Shown piece after piece: positions 1-8,953 of a stretch of 32,000 bases of DNA. Position numbers and translations under genes: made by a program. The notes under the pieces were generated by a model, which saw nothing but the letters and a program-made list of their open reading frames with translations, had not been told where the DNA came from and ran no database searches. This DNA is from Microcystis aeruginosa NIES-843 (GTDB lineage: Bacteria > Cyanobacteriota > Cyanobacteriia > Cyanobacteriales > Microcystaceae), in assembly GCF_000010625.1 (NCBI RefSeq), contig NC_010296.1, positions 5,430,001-5,462,000 on the forward strand, in the 5' to 3' direction. Within the stretch, counting starts at the first letter, position 1. Each line of letters begins with the position of its first letter.

Positions 1-811
1 AATCGCCTTTTTCTGGCAGATGAACCAACCAATTTAAGCCTGCCTCTAGGGGACTGGTGCTATCGTCGATATCCTGTCCATAAAGGGCTAAAGCTGCCTC
101 TAAACGCAGGGTATCCCGGGCCCCTAAACCGCAGGGAGTCACCCCTAAATTTAAGAATTCCGTCCAAAGTCGCTGCCCGATTTCAGGAGGGGCCATAATT
201 TCAAAACCATCTTCTCCCGTGTAACCGGTCCTAGCGATAAAAACTTTTTCCCCGAAAAGCTGGCTTTCCCAGTGATTAAATAGGCCAAAATCGCTTAATT
301 TTTCCCCGACCAAGGACTGTAAAATTGTGGCTGCCTTGGGTCCTTGCAGGGCAATTAAGACCCTTTCTTGCGATAAATCCTTTAATTTGACCCCCGAACC
401 CTCTAAATTGCCTAAAATCCATTCTCGATCTTTATCGGTGGTTGAGGCATTAACAATTAATACGCCTTGGCTTTCGCTTTGGTAGTAAAAGATAATATCA
501 TCGATTATGCCACCGTCTGGGTTAAGTAAAACGCTATACTGTGCCTTTCCTGCGCTTAAACGGGCTAAATTAGAAGGAACTAGGGTTTGGAGAGATTGAA
601 CCAGATTATCTCCAGTTAAGATAAATTTGCCCATGTGGGAAATGTCAAACATCCCCACACCGTTGCGGACAGCATTATGTTCGATTTTTAGGCCGCTAAA
701 CTGTATCGGCATCTCCCAACCCGCAAAAGGGGTAAATTTGCTGGTTTGTTGGGCAATTAGGTCATATAAGGGGGTACGAATAGCGGGGGAAGTTGCTTCT
801 TGGTTAGCCAC
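1..811 (-). CDS. gcvT: Glycine cleavage system aminomethyltransferase (T protein), N-terminal ~270 codons; the 3-prime part runs off the window start
   Basis: Absent from the ORF track because it is open to position 1. Minus-strand translation from GTG at 811-809 reads VANQEATSPAIRTPLYDLIAQQTSKFTPFAGWEMPIQFSGLKIEHNAVRNGVGMFDISHMGKF...IARTGYTGEDGFEI...GARDTLRLEAALALYGQDI, which are typical GcvT motifs. An in-frame TAG lies upstream at 841-839. Confidence 0.9.
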   Translation of the reverse strand, partial: MANQEATSPAIRTPLYDLIAQQTSKFTPFAGWEMPIQFSGLKIEHNAVRNGVGMFDISHMGKFILTGDNLVQSLQTLVPSNLARLSAGKAQYSVLLNPDGGIIDDIIFYYQSESQGVLIVNASTTDKDREWILGNLEGSGVKLKDLSQERVLIALQGPKAATILQSLVGEKLSDFGLFNHWESQLFGEKVFIARTGYTGEDGFEIMAPPEIGQRLWTEFLNLGVTPCGLGARDTLRLEAALALYGQDIDDSTSPLEAGLNWLVHLPEKGD

Positions 812-859
812 GGTGATCTCGATCGACTGGTTTTCTGCCTAGACTAGCATAGCAGTTAT

Positions 860-1077
860 CAGGAGACAGGAGACTCCGAGACAGGAGACTCCGAGACAGG
901 AGACTCCGAGACAGGAGACAGGAGATTATTTTTATTTATACTTCCCACACCCCACACCCCACACCCCACACCCCACAACCTACTTCCCCACACCCCACAC
1001 CCCACACCCTACACCCTACACCCCACACCCCGCTTCCCCACACCCCACACCCCACTTCCCCACTTCCCCACTTCCCA
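860..1077. repeat. Composite tandem-repeat block: 15-bp unit ACAGGAGACTCCGAG x3, an AT-rich spacer (GATTATTTTTATTTATA), then a mixed CCCCACA / CCCTACA / CCCCACTT array
   Basis: Direct reading of 860-1077. The 29-nt junction caggagacaggagattatttttatttat (912-939) recurs at 23580-23607. Confidence 0.9.
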
Positions 1078-1079
1078 AT

Positions 1080-2768
1080 TCATAATTCCCACTCCCTTAA
1101 CCTTTCTCGCACCCTGTCAATGGGAATTGCGAAACCGCAGCCCAATCTAACGGCATTTTCTAGGGGTTTAGGAGTGGAGGGATTGGCACAAAATAAACCC
1201 GCTTGAGACATCACTCCCACCACTTGATTTTTATCGTTTAAAACTGGACTTCCCGACTGTCCAGAAACGACAAACATGGACAAACTTAAGGATTTTTCGT
1301 CATTATCATTAACCGTGCCTTTGCTGACAGTCCAATCTTTTTGATTAAAAGGATTACCGATCGAGATTACTGGTTGATTAGCGGCAATTGGTAGGGGCGC
1401 TAAAGCTAAAGGTTTTAAATCCGGGGGGGGATTTTTTACCTCCAATACTGCTAAATCGAGCCAGTCGTTAGCGGGGGTAGTGTGGAGAATTTTAGCTTTT
1501 GAACGCTTGGGAATTTTTCCCTTGGGTGGTTGGCTATAATACTCGACAAAAATGCGCGCCCCTGCATCGATTTCTTGACGGTAATTCGTCACCACATGGC
1601 GGTTAGTCACGATCCAAGCTGTATCTTGATCTCGTTTTAATAACCAACCAGTGCCGATACCATTGTTATTTTTGCCACGAATGACAATTTTAACAATTGA
1701 GCGTTTTAAATTCACCAGAGGATCACTCTTAACACTGGGAATTATCTCTGGCATTTTTAATAATTCGGGATTGTCGTGAATTAATCGCCCCCGTTGGATT
1801 TCCTGTAAAATAAATCTAACTTCTGATAAATTGGGATCAATTTCTACGGCCTGCCGACACCAATTTAGACCCTCATCGATCTGACCGCTATTGATATAGA
1901 TATAACAGAGATTTTCGTAAATCTCGGCATTTTTGGGGCTAATTTGGCGCGCCTGTTGAAAAACTGCCATCGCTTCCCCTAGTTTTCCCTGTTCCGCTAA
2001 AGCTTTGCCTAAATAATTATAAATATCCCCATCTTTAGGGGTGTAAATTAAAGCCTGTCGATATATTTGCTCTGCTTCCTGCCATTTTCCCTGTTTTGCT
2101 AGGGTTTCTCCTAATTTTTTGTAGGTTTCACCCTGACTAGGTATCAATTCTAGAGCTTGCTGATAGGCATAACTGGCCTCTGGCCAGAGTTGCTGTTCAC
2201 TGTAGGCCTTTCCCAGATAAAAATAGGCTTTTCCCTGACTAGGATCGAGAAAAACCGCTGCTTGCAGAGCTTTCGCCGCCTCATCCCAACGTTGTAAACT
2301 ATAGAGAGCTTTTCCTAGCTGAAATTGCGCTTTAAAAGTTGGTTTAATGATCATTGCTTTTTGGTAAGCATCGAGTGCCTCTGACCATTTTTCCTCTTGC
2401 GCGAAGATGTCTCCCAAAGCCACTAAATAATTACGTTGGGAGGGTTCCATCGGTGGTTTATCGTTAACGATAAAGGCATGATTATAGGCTTGTAAGGCTT
2501 CAGAATAGCGTTTTTGACTTTGTAAGACCTGAGCGATTTTTATATGGGCTTGGGCCGAATTTTCGTGAAAAGATAAAACTGTTCGGTAAGCAGACAGAGC
2601 CGATTCCTTCTCCCCCGCGGCCAAAAGTTGATCGCCTTGCCAAAGATAAGCCAAGGCAATAAGATAAAAAATAGCAAAGGGAGCGGCGGCGATGAAGGCA
2701 ATAATTACAAATATTTGCCAGGATTTGCCAGAATAGCGGCGACCGATTTTAAGCTCTTTTCTTTTCAT
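1080..2768 (-). CDS. Membrane-anchored TPR-repeat protein with a C-terminal trypsin-like (S1) serine protease domain
   Basis: 562-aa ORF. It has an N-terminal TM helix (IFVIIAFIAAAPFAIFYLIALAYL) and about 8 TPR-like repeats (AxxAYxxAL patterns). The C-terminal catalytic triad context is TNRHVV / DLAVLEV / GQSGSPVL. Confidence 0.8.
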   Translation of the reverse strand: MKRKELKIGRRYSGKSWQIFVIIAFIAAAPFAIFYLIALAYLWQGDQLLAAGEKESALSAYRTVLSFHENSAQAHIKIAQVLQSQKRYSEALQAYNHAFIVNDKPPMEPSQRNYLVALGDIFAQEEKWSEALDAYQKAMIIKPTFKAQFQLGKALYSLQRWDEAAKALQAAVFLDPSQGKAYFYLGKAYSEQQLWPEASYAYQQALELIPSQGETYKKLGETLAKQGKWQEAEQIYRQALIYTPKDGDIYNYLGKALAEQGKLGEAMAVFQQARQISPKNAEIYENLCYIYINSGQIDEGLNWCRQAVEIDPNLSEVRFILQEIQRGRLIHDNPELLKMPEIIPSVKSDPLVNLKRSIVKIVIRGKNNNGIGTGWLLKRDQDTAWIVTNRHVVTNYRQEIDAGARIFVEYYSQPPKGKIPKRSKAKILHTTPANDWLDLAVLEVKNPPPDLKPLALAPLPIAANQPVISIGNPFNQKDWTVSKGTVNDNDEKSLSLSMFVVSGQSGSPVLNDKNQVVGVMSQAGLFCANPSTPKPLENAVRLGCGFAIPIDRVRERLREWEL

Positions 2769-2930
2769 TTCTTGGTTAGGATAGACAACAGGCCAGAGGT
2801 GGTTCGATAATCGCCCTAGACCAATTTAGATGCGCGGGCCGCTTACACATATTTTTGCTTTTCCTGTTGCCCTTTCCGCAGTTCTGCTCCTCCTTCTTTC
2901 TGGGGTATGAATGTAATTTTGTGCAACTAC

Positions 2931-4043
2931 TTACCGATTACTGCTGCGAGCGCTGGGTAGGATTAACATAGCATCACCGAAGGAATAGAAACGGAAATGT
3001 TCTTGGATAGCTTCTTGATACAATGCCAGTAGTCTTTCCCGTCCGATTAAGGCACTGACTAACATCATCAAACTGGACTTGGGTAGGTGAAAATTAGTGA
3101 TCATGCCGTCGATAACCCGCCATTGATAACCAGGATAGACAAATAAATTCGTTTTTCCCTGAAAAGCGGTTAATTTCTCGCTCTTACTTTCTTTAATTGC
3201 CCCTTCCAAGGCGCGAGCTACCGTGGTTCCCACGGCGATAACCCGGCCACCTCTAGCCTTTGTTTGGGCGATTTTTTCGGCAGTTTCGGCGGAAATCTGC
3301 AAAAATTCTTGGTGCATTAGGTGTTCTGTAATATTTTCCACTTCCACGGGACGAAAGGTTCCCACTCCTACATGAAGAGTGATATAGGCGGTATCTATAC
3401 CCTTCTGGGCGAGCTTATGGAATAATTCGGGAGTAAAATGTAATCCTGCCGTGGGAGCGGCCACAGAACCCTGTTTATCGGCGTAAACTGTTTGATAACG
3501 GTCTTCTTCCGCCTCTGATTCGGTGACGTAGGGGGGGAAAGGAATATGACCGTACTCCTCCAACATATCCCAAAAACTGCGCCTGGGATGACGTTGAAAT
3601 TGCAGCAGACGACCACCGGTGTTCAGATCTCGATCGATTACTTTCGCTAACCATAATTTTTCTTGGTCTTCCGTCGGCCCTGTTTTCGGATAAAAAAGGA
3701 CTTCTGAACCGACTTTAAAGCGTTTTCCCGGTTTCACCAGAGATAACCAACGATGGTCATCTTGTTCTTCTAATAGTAATATTTCTACGGGTGCGCCCGT
3801 GGTTTTACGTCCAAATAAACGGGCCGGAATCACGCGGGTATCGTTGAAAACCAGCAAATCCCCCGACTCTAACCAAGTGGGTAAATCCCGAAAAATAGCT
3901 AAATTATGACTATTGGGAGAATCTACCACCAAAAGACGGGAACTATCCCGGGTTTCTGCGGGATTTTGGGCAATTAACTCCGGAGGAAGGTGATAATCGT
4001 AGCTGGAGAGTAATTGGTCAGGGATCATCGTCATTATCATCAT
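2931..4043 (-). CDS. queA: S-adenosylmethionine:tRNA ribosyltransferase-isomerase
   Basis: 370-aa ORF with the QueA N-terminus [28 protein letters not shown], plus PFPPYV, TAGLHFT and [13 protein letters not shown] motifs. The start is ambiguous among several clustered ATGs (MMIMTMI). Confidence 0.9.
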   Translation of the reverse strand: MMIMTMIPDQLLSSYDYHLPPELIAQNPAETRDSSRLLVVDSPNSHNLAIFRDLPTWLESGDLLVFNDTRVIPARLFGRKTTGAPVEILLLEEQDDHRWLSLVKPGKRFKVGSEVLFYPKTGPTEDQEKLWLAKVIDRDLNTGGRLLQFQRHPRRSFWDMLEEYGHIPFPPYVTESEAEEDRYQTVYADKQGSVAAPTAGLHFTPELFHKLAQKGIDTAYITLHVGVGTFRPVEVENITEHLMHQEFLQISAETAEKIAQTKARGGRVIAVGTTVARALEGAIKESKSEKLTAFQGKTNLFVYPGYQWRVIDGMITNFHLPKSSLMMLVSALIGRERLLALYQEAIQEHFRFYSFGDAMLILPSARSSNR

Positions 4044-4189
4044 AAAAATCTTCGCAAAAGTTGGGTAATCCTACCCAGGCGAACTTCACTAAATCGGGGA
4101 TTTCTCCCCTTGGTATCGAGAACGGTTTATCGTCAGACTTAGATATATAACACTAATCGTGACTATTAGCCAATAGCCCGGCGGCCACT

Positions 4190-4579
4190 ATGGACTATCT
4201 CTATTTTCTTGCTAATGCTAGTTTAACGCTACGAGTCACCGAATACCTGCGATCGATGACTCATCTGCCTTCCTCCGTGATGACGGTTATCCATCAGATT
4301 AACGGTTGGGTGGTCAAGGTAAAGTTTAATCAAATGCTGACTCCTTGCCAACACGGCGATTTTCGCGCCTACATGAATGAGTTAGGGATTACCTATCAAC
4401 CGGAAATGCGTCTCCAGATGGTTTTTTGGAGTTTGGAAACAGGACAATCCCCCATTGATGTCATGCGTCGTTATCAAGTGGCGATCGTGTCCCATGGTAC
4501 CCCGGATCAGCAAGATATAGAGGCTTTTCGGCAACAATTTACTAAGGGTTTAGGATACTGTCCGGAAACTCTGGCCTAG
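4190..4579 (+). CDS. Hypothetical protein (129 aa), no recognisable motif
   Basis: Isolated ORF filling the gap between divergent and convergent neighbours. No domain recognised by eye. Confidence 0.5.
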   Translation: MDYLYFLANASLTLRVTEYLRSMTHLPSSVMTVIHQINGWVVKVKFNQMLTPCQHGDFRAYMNELGITYQPEMRLQMVFWSLETGQSPIDVMRRYQVAIVSHGTPDQQDIEAFRQQFTKGLGYCPETLA

Positions 4580-4582
4580 GGT

Positions 4583-5635
4583 TTATTTTCTCTCGGGATG
4601 CTCTTCTAGGGCAACTACAGGACTTAAATCGTTGATGTGATCAATTAACTGATACAAGCGTCCGTAACTCTTGCCGTTAAAGTAAAAAACTAGACGAGGT
4701 AAATGGTGGGTGGAATCCCGATTCTCTCGTTCTAGAATTTGACTAGGTGCGATTTTCCCCTTAACTAGGATATCGCCGAAGTTTTGGTTAATTTGTTCGA
4801 TCTGTTCCCCGCTTAGTTCGTGGTTAAGACGAATAACAAAGGATTCTCCCACAAAACGGCTGGAGTGATACACCCGATAAAAGTGGCGAATTGTTTGACA
4901 AGCGTGGTCTAGATCGTTGGTAATTGTATAAAAATTCCGATCTTCGGCGGATATCAGTCCTCTTTTTTGCAGATTTTCACTAATTTGTTCTTGCCAAGTT
5001 TGCCAGTAATCCCCATCAGGCTCATCAATTAATACTAGGGGTGCAGGTCCGTATTTACCGGTTTGACAGAGGGTAAGCGTCTCAAAGGCCTCATCTTGGG
5101 TGCCGAAACCACCGGGGAATAAAGCTACTGCGTCACTTTCCCGCAGAAAAAATAGTTTTCTGGTAAAGAAATATTTAAAATCGATTAATTTGGCATCATT
5201 TATGATATACGGATTAGCTCCCTGTTCAAAGGGTAGCTGAATATTTAATCCGAAGGAATTTTCCCGTCCAGCGCCTTCATTCCCTGCTTGCATGATACCA
5301 CCCCCAGCACCGGTTAACACCATAAAACCGTATTGACTAATACAGCGAGCGAAGTCCACTGCCAGACGGTATTCACTGCTGTCGGGTTTGATGCGTGCCG
5401 AGCCAAAAATGGTAAGTTTACGAATGTGACGGTAGGGGTAAAATACCTGAAATCCCTTTTCTAGATCTTCGATCGCGTAGGTTAAAATTTTCCAATCCAG
5501 GCGATCGATTTCCTCCTCGGCAATTCTGACTATTGCTTCCAGAGCTCTTTGAATCCATTTACCATCTTTCAAGTGGGGTAAATGTTGCACCAATTTCAGC
5601 AAGTCTTCGGTTAATTGAGAATAGGAATTTTCCAT
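4583..5635 (-). CDS. Long-form LOG family (TIGR00730-type) nucleotide nucleosidase-like protein with N- and C-terminal extensions (PpnN-like architecture)
   Basis: 350-aa ORF with the LOG signature motifs GAGGGIMQAGNEGA and PGGFGTQDE. It carries about 70 extra N-terminal and about 100 extra C-terminal residues relative to ~190-aa LOG proteins. Confidence 0.8.
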   Translation of the reverse strand: MENSYSQLTEDLLKLVQHLPHLKDGKWIQRALEAIVRIAEEEIDRLDWKILTYAIEDLEKGFQVFYPYRHIRKLTIFGSARIKPDSSEYRLAVDFARCISQYGFMVLTGAGGGIMQAGNEGAGRENSFGLNIQLPFEQGANPYIINDAKLIDFKYFFTRKLFFLRESDAVALFPGGFGTQDEAFETLTLCQTGKYGPAPLVLIDEPDGDYWQTWQEQISENLQKRGLISAEDRNFYTITNDLDHACQTIRHFYRVYHSSRFVGESFVIRLNHELSGEQIEQINQNFGDILVKGKIAPSQILERENRDSTHHLPRLVFYFNGKSYGRLYQLIDHINDLSPVVALEEHPERK

Positions 5636-5637
5636 TG

Positions 5638-5702
5638 GTGGGTTGGGTTTTGGGTTTTAGGGTGTTGGGGTTTTAGGTTTTTAGGGTTTTAGGGTGTTGG
5701 GG
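5638..5702. repeat. G/T-rich tandem duplication (gggttttagggtgttgggg occurs at 5652-5670 and 5684-5702)
   Basis: Direct reading. It lies immediately upstream of the LOG-family start codon (5635) on the opposite strand. Confidence 0.8.
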
Positions 5703-5732
5703 AAGATATTTCTTAGTCCCCATTTCCCCATT

Positions 5733-5854
5733 TAAGTAGGGAGGCACAATTATTTGTAGGATGGGTTAGCGGTAGCGTAACCCATGCGGGCGTTGGGTTT
5801 CATGCTTCAACCCAACCTACGTTCATCTTATATTTAATTCCACCCACCTACTTA
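5733..5854 (+). mobile_element. 122-bp MITE, copy 1 (TA-AGTAGG...CCTACT-TA ends, internal hairpins)
   Basis: Nearly identical to 17585-17706; differences are confined to about 5 positions around 5781-5787. Terminal inverted repeats are TAAGTAGG / CCTACTTA. Internal stems are GGGTTA..TAACCC and GTTGGGTT..AACCCAAC. Confidence 0.85.
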
Positions 5855-5889
5855 TATGTCCATTAGTTAACTATTCAAAGACTTAAAGA

Positions 5890-7077
5890 TCACTGTTCAG
5901 GATTATTTATTGCTTGATTAACTTGGGTGATTTGGGTTTGAAAATATTGTTCACGATAACGGATAGCTTGGGCTAATTCCGCACCTTTTTGGAAAGCGAG
6001 TAAAGCTTGGGGATAATTTTTTCTCTCTAGATAAATTTGACCGATTTGATCGTAGGTATTCATTAAACCGTAGTAATTATAACCCAATTCATGGACTTTA
6101 ATTAATTCTTGATAGATTTGTAAAGCATAATCCACCTGTTGATAACTTTTATAGAGTTCGGCCAACTTATTTAAAGCTTCTCCTGCGCTGCCGTACTGTT
6201 GTAAAGCAAAAGCGAGAGAATAGGCTTCTTGAAAGTTTTGGCTGGCTTTATTTGCATCTTTTAAAGCTTGGTAATCTAAACCAATTTGAATTTTTAGAGC
6301 GGGGATTAACTGTATTTGCTGATTTCTGATCTGGGTTTCAGCTATTTCTTCTTTAATTTTCACGGCGTTAGCTGGTTGCAAAGATTCTCGATAAATTTCT
6401 GCTAGTCTTTGCAAATAAATTCCTTGAGTTAAAGAATTATTCTGCGCCTTAGAAATAGTTAATAATTCCTCATAGACTGGGGCTGCTTTTTGATAATCAA
6501 AACGGGATAAATGAATTTGACCAAGTTTATTTAAAGTGGCTTCTACTGCCACATTATCCCGGGATTGTCTGGCATTAGCTAGGATTTTATCATAGATAAT
6601 TATCGCCTCATTAAAAGCTCGTACCTGTTCATAGGATGTACCTAGTAATGCTAATAATTCCCCGTCCATTGTCTGGTTAGTTTCCGCAGTTTGTTGCAGA
6701 GCTTTTAAACGAGCAGTAATTAATTTAACATCCTCGGTTCGATCTCGATTCCAAGCTGCTAACCCCACTTTTCCCAAAGATTTTACTTCTTCTTTTGCTC
6801 CTAAATAACGATTTAATTTAATCACTTCATACCAGATAGGAAAAGCTTCCTCATTTAATCCCGCATCGTATTTAGCTTGAGCTTCAGCATCGCGTTGATC
6901 GATGTATAATAACAGTTGACGACGCTCCAAGGGAGTTAAAGGGCGATCGATTGCGGGTAATAAAGGACTTTTTAGGGGAGTTTCGAGGGGATTGGGTGCA
7001 GGGGTTTCTGTTTGTGCTAGGAGAGGAAGGGAAGTAGCGATCAAACAGAGCCATAAACTGAGAGAAAAACGTAGCAT
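5890..7077 (-). CDS. Secreted TPR-repeat protein
   Basis: 395-aa ORF with a signal peptide (MLRFSLSLWLCLIATSLPLLAQ) followed by multiple TPR-like repeats (YxxAxxxYxxxL patterns). Confidence 0.7.
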   Translation of the reverse strand: MLRFSLSLWLCLIATSLPLLAQTETPAPNPLETPLKSPLLPAIDRPLTPLERRQLLLYIDQRDAEAQAKYDAGLNEEAFPIWYEVIKLNRYLGAKEEVKSLGKVGLAAWNRDRTEDVKLITARLKALQQTAETNQTMDGELLALLGTSYEQVRAFNEAIIIYDKILANARQSRDNVAVEATLNKLGQIHLSRFDYQKAAPVYEELLTISKAQNNSLTQGIYLQRLAEIYRESLQPANAVKIKEEIAETQIRNQQIQLIPALKIQIGLDYQALKDANKASQNFQEAYSLAFALQQYGSAGEALNKLAELYKSYQQVDYALQIYQELIKVHELGYNYYGLMNTYDQIGQIYLERKNYPQALLAFQKGAELAQAIRYREQYFQTQITQVNQAINNPEQ

Positions 7078-7114
7078 AATAGATTGATAGGAGCGTAGTA
7101 GAGGATGATATTTT

Positions 7115-8290
7115 GTGATCGATCGATTCTATAAGAGACTGACTGCCGAAAATTTGCGTTTCCCAATTTTGGGTTTAATTGCTAGTTTGATTGTAACCTT
7201 TAGTCTGGGGGCCTGTGGTGTCTCCCCGCAAGTTTTAGCAGAACAACGAATGTTTCTACCCCTCTCGGTCGAGTTTTTGGGAGAATATCAATTGCCACAA
7301 GCGGATTATCAAGGGACAAGGGTGGGGGGATTATCGGCAATTACCTATGATCGTGCCAATAACCGCTTTTATCTCCTCAGTGATGATCGTTCTCAGAAAG
7401 CTCCGGCCCGCTTTTATCGAGCTAGTTTGCAGATAAATGGTGAAAAAATCGAAAAAGTGAATTTAGAGGCAGTCACGTTCCTAAAAGATGGCAAGGGAGA
7501 AACGTTTAAAAAGGGATCGATCGACCCGGAAGGTATCGCTTTTTCGCCCCGACAAACTTTGTTTATTTCCAGTGAAGGTGCGGTTAAACAGGGAATTGCT
7601 CCTTTTATTGCTGAATTTGATTTGCAGGGACAATTAAAGGAGTCTTTGTTAATTCCTAATCGCTTTTTACCAGATGATAGCAATCAAAAAGGAATACAGG
7701 ATAATTTAGGGTTTGAATCCTTAACTTTAGGGATTACCAGCACTCTCAAAGACGATCCTTTTCGTTTGTTTACTGCCACAGAAAGCGCGTTAATTCAAGA
7801 TAGTCCCACGGGAAAAAGAGCAGAAAATCTCAGAGTGCGACTTCTTCATTATGTGATCGATCCGATTGGTGCGCCTGTGTTAGTATCAGAACAATTGTAT
7901 GTGTTAGATGAGCCACCCAGTGGTGCGAGATACTACGGTTTAACGGAATTATTAGCTTTAGAAAAAGAGGGTTATTTTCTCAGTTTAGAGCGAACTTTTG
8001 GTTTAGAAGGTTTTGGAGCGAAACTATTTCAGGTAGTTAATGGGAGTGCCACTGATACCTCGAAAATTGCTCGGATACCGGGAGAATTAGAAGCTTTACA
8101 GGTGCAACCCTTGCGGAAAAAATTATTACTAGATTTAGGGACTTTGGGGATTGATTTAGATAATTTGGAAGGAATGACCCTCGGTCCAAGATTAGCTGAT
8201 GGCAGTCGCTCTTTGATTTTAGTCAGTGATGATAATTTTAATCCGAATCAGGTCAATCAGTTTTTACTATTTCGACTCAAGGAAAAATAA
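7115..8290 (+). CDS. Esterase-like activity of phytase family protein, probable lipoprotein
   Basis: 391-aa ORF with a lipobox (LIVTFSLGAC) and the family-like motifs GGLSAITYD, LSDDR, GFESLT, NLEGMTLGP and LILVSDDNFN. The track start is GTG at 7115; TTG at 7154 is an alternative that would give a classical signal peptide. Confidence 0.7.
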   Translation: MIDRFYKRLTAENLRFPILGLIASLIVTFSLGACGVSPQVLAEQRMFLPLSVEFLGEYQLPQADYQGTRVGGLSAITYDRANNRFYLLSDDRSQKAPARFYRASLQINGEKIEKVNLEAVTFLKDGKGETFKKGSIDPEGIAFSPRQTLFISSEGAVKQGIAPFIAEFDLQGQLKESLLIPNRFLPDDSNQKGIQDNLGFESLTLGITSTLKDDPFRLFTATESALIQDSPTGKRAENLRVRLLHYVIDPIGAPVLVSEQLYVLDEPPSGARYYGLTELLALEKEGYFLSLERTFGLEGFGAKLFQVVNGSATDTSKIARIPGELEALQVQPLRKKLLLDLGTLGIDLDNLEGMTLGPRLADGSRSLILVSDDNFNPNQVNQFLLFRLKEK

Positions 8291-8308
8291 ACAAGAGATG
8301 GTTAATTC

Positions 8309-8347
8309 CCTCACCTATCCCCTTCTGGGAGAAGGATTGGGGTGAGG
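8309..8347. terminator. Long imperfect hairpin between convergent genes (possible bidirectional terminator)
   Basis: CCTCACCTATCCCCTTCT-GGG-AGAAGGATTGGGGTGAGG gives a near-perfect ~18-bp stem. It lies between the stops at 8290 (+) and 8402 (-). There is no strong U-run. Confidence 0.5.
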
Positions 8348-8401
8348 ACTACCAATAAAGAAAAATGGGATAAATAGCCGGTTTAAAGAGAAAACGGCCG
8401 A

Positions 8402-8953
8402 TTAATAATCACTTTTTTCGATATCTTTGCGAATATCATTCAGGTCAATATAGCGATCGGTGGCATTTCGCAATTCCCTAGCGATCATCCCTTCCGTAGA
8501 AACTACGGTAATATGAGTATTTTTAGAGCGCAATAGTTCGATCGCTCGTTCAAAATCGCCATCACCGCTAAATAAAATGACTCGATCGTATTGATCGACG
8601 GTATTAAACATATCGACGACGATTTCGATATCTAAATTAGCTTTCTGGGAAAAACGACCGGAACTATCATCATAATATTCTTTCAAAATTTTTGTTCTCA
8701 CCGTATAACCCAAACTAATTAAAGCATCGCGAAAACCTCTTTGATCTTGGGAATCTTTTAAACCCGTATACCAAAAGGCATTAATTAACATAATATTCGG
8801 GTCGTTGGTGAAGTAATTTAACACCTTGCGCGGGTCAAAAAACCAACCATTTTTTTGTTGAGCATAAAACATATTATTGCCATCCACAAAAATCGAAAGG
8901 CGATCTTTCGGACGGCCGCCACCATTACAATGACAAAGACCGGCTTCTGTCAT
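8402..8953 (-). CDS. NYN domain (PIN-like, LabA/DUF88-type) protein
   Basis: 183-aa ORF with IFVDGNNMFY near the N-terminus and ILFSGDGDFERAIELL, the typical acidic-residue pattern of NYN domains. Confidence 0.75.
   Translation of the reverse strand: MTEAGLCHCNGGGRPKDRLSIFVDGNNMFYAQQKNGWFFDPRKVLNYFTNDPNIMLINAFWYTGLKDSQDQRGFRDALISLGYTVRTKILKEYYDDSSGRFSQKANLDIEIVVDMFNTVDQYDRVILFSGDGDFERAIELLRSKNTHITVVSTEGMIARELRNATDRYIDLNDIRKDIEKSDY

Noticed and set aside
627-842. 71-aa plus-strand ORF
   Set aside because: It lies antisense within the clearly recognisable gcvT coding region.
860-1077. CRISPR array hypothesis for this and the other tandem-repeat blocks (23561-23741, 28051-28239, 28422-28504)
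   Set aside because: The units are 7-21 bp and directly abutting, with no unique spacers, and there are no cas genes in the window.
812-1079. Possible glycine riboswitch upstream of gcvT
   Set aside because: The leader consists of tandem repeats, and I found none of the conserved glycine-aptamer core elements.
2798-2815. tRNA T-arm-like string ggtggttcgataatcgcc
   Set aside because: No acceptor, D or anticodon stems can be built around it. No tRNA was found anywhere in the window.
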